49,271 nucleotides of DNA from Nanobdellota archaeon (GTDB lineage Archaea > Nanobdellota > Nanobdellia > SCGC-AAA011-G17 > JACPIM01): the NCBI GenBank assembly GCA_038046265.1, contig JBBSWN010000013.1, forward strand, positions 1 through 49,271, read 5' to 3'. The notes under the pieces are model-generated. The model searched no databases and was not told where the DNA came from. It was given only the letters and a program-made list of their open reading frames with translations. The position numbers were made by a program, and so were the translations under genes. Shown here in pieces: positions 17,372 through 25,374 of the stretch; the first letter of the stretch is position 1; the number at the start of each line of letters is the position of its first letter.

Positions 17372-17635
17372 TTAATTTTCTGGTTTATTTGGAATTATTT
17401 GTGGATATAAATGACCAGTCAAATATAAAGCATCACAAAAATTACAACCATAAGCTGTTGCATCATCCCATAAGTCATTACTATAACATCTCATACATCT
17501 TCCAGTAAAATGCCCTGTTGGTTCGTTATTTGGATTATTTAATTTTTTTATTTCTTCCAAGACTTTTGGATCTAATTTGTTTTTTCTTAATTTATCCAAT
17601 GTTCCTTCACCAAAGATTTCATCTATAGATTTCAT
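17372..17635 (-). CDS. small four-Cys zinc-finger protein
   Basis: CMRC...(16 aa)...CNFC. The 87-aa ORF starts 2 nt after the aspS stop. Confidence 0.5.
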   Translation of the reverse strand: MKSIDEIFGEGTLDKLRKNKLDPKVLEEIKKLNNPNNEPTGHFTGRCMRCYSNDLWDDATAYGCNFCDALYLTGHLYPQIIPNKPEN

Positions 17636-17636
17636 T

Positions 17637-18947
17637 TTAAGGTGTTAATCTTTCTGGATCTCTTGGAAGCAAAATTGCTTCACGCACATTTTCTAGATTT
17701 AACATTCTTTGAATTATTCTATCAAAACCCAGGCCTGCTCCGCCATGAGGACAGGAACCATATTTAAAAATGTCAGCATAAAAACCCATCTTATCCAGGT
17801 CAATTCCTTTTTCTTTTGCCTGCTGCTTTAAAACTTCGTATCTATGCTCTCTTTGGGCTCCTGTTGAGATTTCAACTCCTTTGTACAATAAATCAAATGA
17901 CTGAGTAACTTTTGGATTGTTTTTTGGCTTCATATGGTAAAAAGGACGTTTTTCTACTGGATATAAAGTTACAAAAACAAAATCAGAATCATACTTTTCT
18001 TTTACTATTTCTCCCAGTAATTTTTCAGCTTCTGGATCTGGGTCTTCTTTTTCAGGAATTTTCTTTCCTTTTTTTTCCAATAATTTTCTTGCTTCATCTA
18101 ATGTAATTCTTGGGATTTTTTTAGGAACATCAATTTTCACATTTAACAATTCAAGTTCTGGCCTGCACTTTTCTTTAACTTCTTTTAAAACATATTTCAT
18201 TAATTCATCTATAATGTCCATTACATCATTTTCATCTTTAATAAATCCCATTTCAAAGTCAATGCCTGTAAATTCTGTCAAATGCCTAGTCGTATGTGAT
18301 TTTTCAGCTCTAAAGACTTCTCCAATCTCATAAACTCTTTCCAGTCCTGAAAGAACAAACATTTGTTTGTAAACTTGCGGGCTTTGAGCTAAGAAAGCTT
18401 CTTTTCCAAAATAATCTATTGCAAACTGCTCTGCTCCTGATTCAACACCGCCTGCTGTTATTTTAGGAGTATTTATTGAAACAAAGTTCTTACTTTCAAA
18501 ATAATTAGAAATGAAGTTAAATACTTTTGATCTTACTTTAAAAATTGCTGAAATATGAGGCCTTCTTAAATCCAGGAATCTATAGTCTAGTCTTTTGTCT
18601 ATCATTGTCTTTGATTTTTCTGATGTATCTATTGGCAATGGTGTCAAGGATTCTGACAAAACATTTAGATCATGTATAGAGATTTCAAAACCTTTTTTTG
18701 CCTGCTTGCTTGTTTTTATTTTGCCTTCTATTTCAATTACTGACTCTATAGGGATTTTTGAGATTTTATTAAAAATATCTTCTTTAATTTCATCTTTATG
18801 AGCCACACACTGTATAGAATCTGTTTTGTCTCTTAAAACAATAAATTGAACTTTTCCCAAGGATCTTATTTCAGAAACCCACCCTTTTACAAGGACTTTT
18901 TTATTATTGTCTTTTTCTGTTAATTCGGATATAAATGAACGCTCCAT
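17637..18947 (-). CDS. aspS: aspartyl-tRNA synthetase, archaeal type
   Basis: OB-fold N-terminus, motif 2 VFRAEKSHTTRHLTEFTGIDFEM, motif 3 GGAGLGFDRII, and C-terminal LLPRDPERLTP. Confidence 0.9.
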   Translation of the reverse strand: MERSFISELTEKDNNKKVLVKGWVSEIRSLGKVQFIVLRDKTDSIQCVAHKDEIKEDIFNKISKIPIESVIEIEGKIKTSKQAKKGFEISIHDLNVLSESLTPLPIDTSEKSKTMIDKRLDYRFLDLRRPHISAIFKVRSKVFNFISNYFESKNFVSINTPKITAGGVESGAEQFAIDYFGKEAFLAQSPQVYKQMFVLSGLERVYEIGEVFRAEKSHTTRHLTEFTGIDFEMGFIKDENDVMDIIDELMKYVLKEVKEKCRPELELLNVKIDVPKKIPRITLDEARKLLEKKGKKIPEKEDPDPEAEKLLGEIVKEKYDSDFVFVTLYPVEKRPFYHMKPKNNPKVTQSFDLLYKGVEISTGAQREHRYEVLKQQAKEKGIDLDKMGFYADIFKYGSCPHGGAGLGFDRIIQRMLNLENVREAILLPRDPERLTP

Positions 18948-18982
18948 TAGCTTAATGAGCTATATAATTAATTTATAAATTT

Positions 18983-19435
18983 TTAGGTATGTTTTTTGTA
19001 AATTCTTTTTTCTAAGTAATTTTCAAGAATTCTTGAAGAAGGAAAAAACATTGGTTTTGGCAGATTATCTAGGGAGAACCACTGCCATTCTGTTATTTTA
19101 TTAGGTTCTAGCACTTTTGGCATACCATCAAATTCATCACATAACATTCCAATTGTGACAAAATGAGCATCTTCAACTTTGTCATTTGCAATAGAAATAA
19201 ATTTTAATGATTTAGCTTTCATCCCAGTTTCTTCTTCTAGTTCTCGAATTGCGGTTTCTTCAAAAGTTTCTAGAAATTCTAGTTTTCCACCAGGCATTGT
19301 CCAAGTTCCTTCACCATGAAGAGCACTAGTTGCTTTTTTAGGGTCTGGATGTCTTTTTCCTAGAAGCACTTTATTGTCTTTTAAAATTAAGACTCCAACA
19401 CCTACGCCAACTTTTTTATCAGATAGTGAGCTCAT
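18983..19435 (-). CDS. NUDIX hydrolase
   Basis: Nudix box GGKLEFLETFEETAIRELEEETGM. The start overlaps the gatE stop by 4 nt. Confidence 0.85.
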   Translation of the reverse strand: MSSLSDKKVGVGVGVLILKDNKVLLGKRHPDPKKATSALHGEGTWTMPGGKLEFLETFEETAIRELEEETGMKAKSLKFISIANDKVEDAHFVTIGMLCDEFDGMPKVLEPNKITEWQWFSLDNLPKPMFFPSSRILENYLEKRIYKKHT

Positions 19436-20859
19436 TTTAATAATTTATTTAATAACTCAGAGATTTGCTTTCCAGGCACTTTGTTTTTGAATTCTTTCAT
19501 TGCTTCACCCATCAAAGCTGAAAATGAAGCTCCTTTATTTTTTACTATTATTTCCTTTAATTTAGTTTCAATTTCTTTATTGTCTTCCTGCTTGTATTTA
19601 TTTAAATCAATATGTTTTCCTTGAGCTATATCTAATAAAATATCCTTTACAGCTTCCCTGTTAATTGACTTATTTTCCAAATTTTCAAGAACAAACTCAA
19701 AATCCTTTCCTGATATTTTTTTAGAATCTATGTTAAATCTTGTTTTTAGTTCTTTGGGAATTTCGATTAAGATTTCTGCAATCAAGTTTGGATTTATGGA
19801 GTATTTTTCTGCATAATAATCAAAAGGAATATTTTGCTTTAAGATTTCTCTTGCAAGAACTGAGTTTAAGGAATATTTTTTTTCTATGTTTACTGTCCTT
19901 TCTGTTATTAATTCTGGAATTTTAATTTCTGCCAACAATTTTTTTGTAATTTTTACTGGTGGAATGTCTGTCTCAGGGTATAAACGGCTTCCAGTAGGCA
20001 TGGGCCTTAAGAAAGAAGATGAGAAATCTGGCTCTACTTTTCTTACTTCTGATTTTATTTCTTTTTTATGCTTTAGATTTTCTGACTGCCTTTTTATTTC
20101 GTTTTCAACTGTTTTTGGAATTCCCTTTAAATCCTGGAAACCTTTTAATTCAACTCTCGGATGACCTTTTATGCTTACATTAACATCCTGTCTTACACTT
20201 CCTAAACCTCTTTTAGCTTTTTCTGTGCTTCTTAATATCATTCCAATTAATCCGGCAACTTCTTTTGCGTGCTCAGGATCTTTAATATTAGAATCTGTTG
20301 CTATTTCAATTAATGGAATTCCTAATCTGTCAAGATTATACGTAACTGATTTTTCATCTCGTTTTATTTTTTTAGCTGCTTCTTCTTCCAGGCAAATTGT
20401 TGGGATTTTTACAGGTCCTTTAGAAGTTTGTATTGTGCCATCAACTGCAATCAAGGCTGTCCTTTGAAAACCGGAAACATTAGAGCCATCAACAACAACT
20501 TTTCTCATTACTTGGATTTCATCAATTACTTTTGCGCTTGTCAGCAAAGCAATTTGCAAAGCAACTTTTAGAGCTTCCTTGTTTAATTCTTCTGGAGGAG
20601 ATTCATCTAATTCAACTAAGCAAGCAGTATCTTTGTTAACTTCGTAAATGAATGTTTTGTCTTTTTGCTCTTCGTATAAAGCAGCTACATCCACTTTTCC
20701 CAGCTCGCCTGCAGAAGCTCTTAGTTTTCTTTTTATTGTGTAATCTACTTTTCCTGTATTTGTTATAGACGGGCATTTACAGAACAACTTGTGAGTTTCT
20801 AACTGCTGGTGTATTTCCAGACCACATTTAAAATCTAGTTCCTTATAATTTAATTGCAT
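19432..20859 (-). CDS. gatE: Glu-tRNA(Gln) amidotransferase subunit E, short form
   Basis: KCGLEIHQQLETHKLFCKC, VDGSNVSGFQRT, GSVRQDVNVSI, FLRPMPTGSRLYPETDIPP and a YqeY-like tail are GatE-specific. The 475-aa protein has no segment where the AspRS-like insertion normally sits. Confidence 0.8.
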   Translation of the reverse strand: MQLNYKELDFKCGLEIHQQLETHKLFCKCPSITNTGKVDYTIKRKLRASAGELGKVDVAALYEEQKDKTFIYEVNKDTACLVELDESPPEELNKEALKVALQIALLTSAKVIDEIQVMRKVVVDGSNVSGFQRTALIAVDGTIQTSKGPVKIPTICLEEEAAKKIKRDEKSVTYNLDRLGIPLIEIATDSNIKDPEHAKEVAGLIGMILRSTEKAKRGLGSVRQDVNVSIKGHPRVELKGFQDLKGIPKTVENEIKRQSENLKHKKEIKSEVRKVEPDFSSSFLRPMPTGSRLYPETDIPPVKITKKLLAEIKIPELITERTVNIEKKYSLNSVLAREILKQNIPFDYYAEKYSINPNLIAEILIEIPKELKTRFNIDSKKISGKDFEFVLENLENKSINREAVKDILLDIAQGKHIDLNKYKQEDNKEIETKLKEIIVKNKGASFSALMGEAMKEFKNKVPGKQISELLNKLLK

Positions 20860-20948
20860 TTTAAAAATAGAACTGTTTTAGTTTAAATAAATTATTATTT
20901 AGTGCATCATCGAAATCCTTTTATATTAGTTTCCTTAAAAGTTAGTTT

Positions 20949-21218
20949 ATGGTAGAAACAGCTCTTAATGATGATGAATTGAAAAGAATCCATGGACTAG
21001 AATATCTAACCGAGGTTAGTTGTTCTGAAGGCCCTAGAAAAATAGGTTTTGGGAGAGGTAAATTTGTTATTTTGGATGTTAGTGGATCCAGAAGTGATGA
21101 TATAAGAATAACTATAGGGGATAGCTTTTATGAAACTCTAAGAGAGCAAGCAAAGAGAGGAGACTATAGATCTGCTAAAGAATTTTTTGAAGCTTATGTA
21201 AGAAAACCAGAAGAATAA
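20949..21218 (+). CDS. hypothetical protein
   Basis: An 89-aa ORF on the opposite strand between gatE and gatD, with no recognisable motif. Confidence 0.4.
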   Translation: MVETALNDDELKRIHGLEYLTEVSCSEGPRKIGFGRGKFVILDVSGSRSDDIRITIGDSFYETLREQAKRGDYRSAKEFFEAYVRKPEE

Positions 21219-21221
21219 AGT

Positions 21222-22511
21222 TTAATTTTCAGAAAAATCAGGCTCTGTTCTTTTTGAGATTTCACCTCTTAAGTTTTCATGAAATAATTCTTTAACTTTA
21301 TTTTTAGGATAGTTGCTTAACAACCATGCTAACTTGATAAAAGCTGTTTCTGTCAACATGTCCAGATTATGGCCCAAGATTCCTGCTTCCTGCAATAAAC
21401 GCCCCGTTGAATAAACATTCATGTTTACCCTGCCGTAAATTGTTTGGGAGGTTGCTACCAATGGTATTTTTTTAGCCAGTTTTTTTAGTTCATTGTGGAT
21501 TTTTTCATTTTCAGATGTAAACTTGTCTATTTTGTTTATTGGGAAATTTCCTGCAAGACCATAACCTTCCAATATTAAACCATCAAAATTAGAATAATTT
21601 GTTATTTCTTTTGCAAGCATATTTGGGTGGGATTTTAGGATTCCGACTTTTAATTTTGGGTTAAATAATTTTAAAGATAGTTTTTTTTCTTCTTTTTTTG
21701 GATGGTGTTTTAAGAAAGTAATATTTCCATTTTCAACTCTTGCTATTGCTGTGTCACTGACAACTTTGAAAGCATTTCTTGATGAGCTGTGTAATTTTCT
21801 TGTTTTTAATGATGGCATTATTAAGCAAGAATCATCATTCATTGATTCATGCATGCAAATTGCAACATCTTTAAAATCTGTTTTTGCAATGAAATGTGCT
21901 GCTGACAATAAATTTAATTTTGCATCTGCACCGCCTCTATCTGAGCTTCTTTGCGATCCTACTAATAGCACGGGGATTGGCAAGTTTTCTAAAACAAAAG
22001 TTAATGCAGCAGCTGTAAATCCTAATGTGTCTGTACCGTGAGTTATTATTATGCCATCAACACCTTCTTTTATTTCTTTTTCTATTTCTTTTGCAATTAT
22101 GTTGTAATGGTTGAAGTTCATGTCTTCTGACCACATGTTACTAATAAGCCTGGATTTTATGTTTGCTATTTTTTTTAGCTCGGGAAACATAGCTATAATT
22201 TCTTCTGGCGAAAACCTTGCTATTACACCACCAGTTTCATAGTCAACAAGCGCAGCTATTGTTCCGCCTGTATGAAGAATAGAAATAGTTTTTAGATCTT
22301 TATTATTAGAGATTTTTGGATGTTTTATTTCTGTTGTTTTTGCTTTCTGCAATATTTCTATTTTTTTTATTTTGTTTTTATCTATTCCCATGTTATAACC
22401 TGACTTTAATTTAATAACAAAGCTGTCAGTTGGAGAAGGAATAAAAATACCTTCAAATTCCTCAGAACTTGTGAAAACTTTTACTTTATCACCTGGATTT
22501 AAATTTTGCAT
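21222..22511 (-). CDS. gatD: Glu-tRNA(Gln) amidotransferase subunit D (asparaginase-like)
   Basis: The N-terminal GDKVKV...FEGIFIP domain is followed by asparaginase motifs HTGGTIA and HGTDT. Confidence 0.9.
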   Translation of the reverse strand: MQNLNPGDKVKVFTSSEEFEGIFIPSPTDSFVIKLKSGYNMGIDKNKIKKIEILQKAKTTEIKHPKISNNKDLKTISILHTGGTIAALVDYETGGVIARFSPEEIIAMFPELKKIANIKSRLISNMWSEDMNFNHYNIIAKEIEKEIKEGVDGIIITHGTDTLGFTAAALTFVLENLPIPVLLVGSQRSSDRGGADAKLNLLSAAHFIAKTDFKDVAICMHESMNDDSCLIMPSLKTRKLHSSSRNAFKVVSDTAIARVENGNITFLKHHPKKEEKKLSLKLFNPKLKVGILKSHPNMLAKEITNYSNFDGLILEGYGLAGNFPINKIDKFTSENEKIHNELKKLAKKIPLVATSQTIYGRVNMNVYSTGRLLQEAGILGHNLDMLTETAFIKLAWLLSNYPKNKVKELFHENLRGEISKRTEPDFSEN

Positions 22512-22871
22512 TGAAATTATGTTTTTATCTTAATTTAAATAATTTATGAATATTCTAGAAAATATATCTTTTGATTTATAGTTTATACTTACAAAGTATT
22601 TATATATTAAGAAAGAGTAAATAATAAATTAATAAATATTCAACTTTAAACTATTTGATTTTAATTGGCGTTAAAATCAATTTGGCACTTGAAGTTTTGG
22701 CGAACTTCTTATGACTTATTTAGATTTATGTTTTCTATCAAGAGTTTAAATCATTTATCATTAAACTCAAAATATTTCTTAAAAAGATAAAATACAAACT
22801 AGAATATAAATATTATTGTAGTTTAGTATATATATCAAGATCAATAAAAAAAGCGGGGAGGAAGAGGATAT

Positions 22872-23963
22872 ATGGAAAGTTTTGTAAATAATGCGTTAAA
22901 ACAAGCCAAAGAATATGGAATGGGAGATGTCCAGGTTGGCGTTGCTAATATTAAAGTTTTTGGGTGTGGCGGCGGTGGTTCAAACACTGTAACGTGGCTG
23001 CACAAGAAAGGAATCCAAGGAGCAGAGGTTGTTGCTTTAAACACAGACAAACAACATCTTGAGATTTCAAGTGCTGACTACAAAGTTTTAATTGGAAAGG
23101 AATTAACAAGAGGTTTAGGAGCTGGCGGATTTCCAGAAAAAGGAAGAGAAGCTGCTAAAGAAAGTTTGCATGATTTAAAAGAGGTTCTTAAAGGAAGCGA
23201 CATGGTATTTGTATGCGCTGGTTTAGGTGGAGGAACAGGTTCAGGTTCTGCGCCTGTTGTTGCACAATTAGCTAGAGAGCAAGGTGCTATTGTTATTGGC
23301 ACAGTAACAATGCCATTTGATATTGAAAGAGCAAGAGTGGATAAAGCTGAATTTGCACTGCAGCAATTAAGAGAAGTAAGTGATACTGTAATTGTAATTG
23401 ACAATAATAGATTAACAAGCATTGCAGGTAATTTACCAATACAACAAGCATTTGCTGTTGCTAATGAATTAATTTCTACAATGATTAAAGGTATAGTTGA
23501 GACTATTGCAGTGCCATCATTGGTAAACTTGGATTATGCTGATGTAAAAGCAATTATGTCAAATGGAGATGTATCTGTTGTTGGCATTGGTGAAAGCGAC
23601 ACTGATTCAAGAGTAGAAGAAGCAACAAGAAGAGCTTTGACAAATCCATTATTAGATGTAAGTTATGATGGAGCCACTGGAGCATTGATACATATTACAG
23701 GTGGAGATGATTTAACATTAGATGAAGTTAACAGAGCAGGTGAATTAATTACAGAAACTCTAGATCCTGATGCTAATGTAATTATGGGTGCTAGAATTGA
23801 TCCTAGCATGAAAGGAAAGATCAGGATTATGAGCATTATTACTGGAGTAAATTCGCCATATATCCTTGGAAGAGTAGACAAGAAGAAATTTGTCAACTCA
23901 GGAGTCAAGTTAAGTCCAGATCTAGGAATAGATATGCTGACTTCAACTCCAAGAAGATTTTAA
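22872..23963 (+). CDS. ftsZ: cell division GTPase FtsZ
   Basis: GCGGGGSN and tubulin signature GLGGGTGSGSAPVVA. A strong SD (GGGGAGGAAGAGG) lies upstream. Confidence 0.95.
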   Translation: MESFVNNALKQAKEYGMGDVQVGVANIKVFGCGGGGSNTVTWLHKKGIQGAEVVALNTDKQHLEISSADYKVLIGKELTRGLGAGGFPEKGREAAKESLHDLKEVLKGSDMVFVCAGLGGGTGSGSAPVVAQLAREQGAIVIGTVTMPFDIERARVDKAEFALQQLREVSDTVIVIDNNRLTSIAGNLPIQQAFAVANELISTMIKGIVETIAVPSLVNLDYADVKAIMSNGDVSVVGIGESDTDSRVEEATRRALTNPLLDVSYDGATGALIHITGGDDLTLDEVNRAGELITETLDPDANVIMGARIDPSMKGKIRIMSIITGVNSPYILGRVDKKKFVNSGVKLSPDLGIDMLTSTPRRF

Positions 23964-23970
23964 GATGCTA

Positions 23971-24040
23971 AGGGCATTTCCCCCATGCCCTATTGCTAAA
24001 TCTTGCTAGTGCAGATTGCACTAGCTTCTTTTTCTTTTTT
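23971..24040 (+). terminator. two stem-loops plus a T-tract downstream of ftsZ
   Basis: AGGGCAT-ttccccc-ATGCCCT (23971..23991) and GCTAGTGCA-gat-TGCACTAGC (24005..24025) are followed by ttctttttctttttt. Confidence 0.55.
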
Positions 24041-24168
24041 ACAAATCTTTTTAGACAAAAAGCTTTACCAAAAAATGTTACGGAAAGATGTACGAGAAAA
24101 GCCTTTTTTATAACTAGAAACATTTTTATATGAAATAATGGTATATTTATTAAAGAAGAGGTGATATT

Positions 24169-24735
24169 TTGAGCAAGGAATTCAAGTTATTTTTAATGAT
24201 ATTACTAGTTTTAGGAGCAGGATTTTTAAGCAACAAGATAATTATTTCGGGAAAATTCTATATTGTTGGAGAAAATAGAGAAGCAGGAATAACTGTTTTG
24301 TCAGAGCCAAATAATGCCGAGGTATTTATAGGGCCAAATTATGTTGGAAAAACTCCTATCACTATTACAATAATTCCTGGAACTCATGAAATTACATTAA
24401 AGAAAGTTGGATATCATGATTTAAAAGAATATGTTGAATTAAAAAAAGATGAATCAAAAGATGTTTTTTTAGAATTAGAAACTGTTTATGGAAAAATTTA
24501 TGTTGAAAGCATACCAACACATGCTGATGTTTCTGTTGATGGAATATACAAAGGGATTACACCTAAGTTAATTGCAGACTTGGATGATGGAAGCCATGTA
24601 ATAAAAATCTCAAAAGAGAATTATGAGGATTATGTGGATTATGTTTTTGTTGGAGAAAAAGAGAAGAAAGTATTTGTTAAACTTGAAAAGAAAAATATAG
24701 ATTTTCCTCTGCCATTGCATTATGGCAAGAGCTAG
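24169..24735 (+). CDS. membrane-anchored protein with two PEGA domains
   Basis: N-terminal TM segment, then SEPNNAEVFIGPNYVGKTPITI..GTHEITLKKVGY and SIPTHADVSVDGIYKGITP...GSHVIKISKENY. TTG start with a GAGGTGA SD. Confidence 0.7.
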   Translation: MSKEFKLFLMILLVLGAGFLSNKIIISGKFYIVGENREAGITVLSEPNNAEVFIGPNYVGKTPITITIIPGTHEITLKKVGYHDLKEYVELKKDESKDVFLELETVYGKIYVESIPTHADVSVDGIYKGITPKLIADLDDGSHVIKISKENYEDYVDYVFVGEKEKKVFVKLEKKNIDFPLPLHYGKS

Positions 24736-24736
24736 T

Positions 24737-25336
24737 TTATTTTAAGAACAGTTTTTTTATTTTTTCTATATATTCTTCTTTAGCCCATTCTTTTAGATTA
24801 GTAATTCTTGTTCCATATTTGTTGAAGAAAGTAATTCTGCTTAATGGTATTTTAGAGAGTTTCTTTTTTTGTTTTAAATCTTCTTCATAACCCAAAGTAA
24901 TAATTATTTGAGGAGTTATGCTGTTTTCTAATCTTAATATTCTTGATATTGCTGACTTTTCAAAGACATTCACCCAGCAGGAACTTAGGCCTATGTCTGA
25001 AGCTTTTAAAGAAATCAAGAGAGCAGCTGCTGCAGAATTTTGAAGAGAGTATTCTTTTGCCCTTTCTTTGTAATAAGTTTCAAGCCTTCCTTGATCAGAA
25101 CAAACAACTATGAAAACTGGGGCAGAATTCATCCAGAACTGCCTTAATGAAGCTTCTGCAATCTGGTTTTTCAAGGATTTATCATTTATGACAACAAACC
25201 TAAAGTCCTGGAGATTTCCTGAATTAGGGGCTGTTCTTGCTGCCTCAAGCAACAAAGCTATTTTGTCAAGCGTTACCTGCTTTTCAAGATATTTTCTTAC
25301 ACTATGCCTTTTCTTGATTGCTTCATCTAAGTTCAT
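24737..25336 (-). CDS. nitroreductase-family flavoprotein
   Basis: AIKKRHSVRKY...APNSGNLQDFRFVVI is the typical nitroreductase N-terminus. Confidence 0.8.
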   Translation of the reverse strand: MNLDEAIKKRHSVRKYLEKQVTLDKIALLLEAARTAPNSGNLQDFRFVVINDKSLKNQIAEASLRQFWMNSAPVFIVVCSDQGRLETYYKERAKEYSLQNSAAAALLISLKASDIGLSSCWVNVFEKSAISRILRLENSITPQIIITLGYEEDLKQKKKLSKIPLSRITFFNKYGTRITNLKEWAKEEYIEKIKKLFLK

Positions 25337-25374
25337 TAGTAAACTTTAAATTTGCTAAATTTATAATCTTTTTG

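Noticed and set aside
22512-22871. The long AT-rich spacer between gatD and ftsZ was considered as a possible replication origin.
   Set aside because: No orc1/cdc6 gene is adjacent, and I could not find repeated ORB-like boxes. Two divergent promoters plus hairpins are sufficient to explain the length.
25318-25374. The N-terminal extension of the DNA ligase ORF from a TTG at 25318, overlapping the nitroreductase gene.
   Set aside because: The extension is hydrophobic junk and overlaps the divergent gene's start. A TATA-like element is correctly spaced for the ATG at 25375, where the conserved ligase N-terminus begins.
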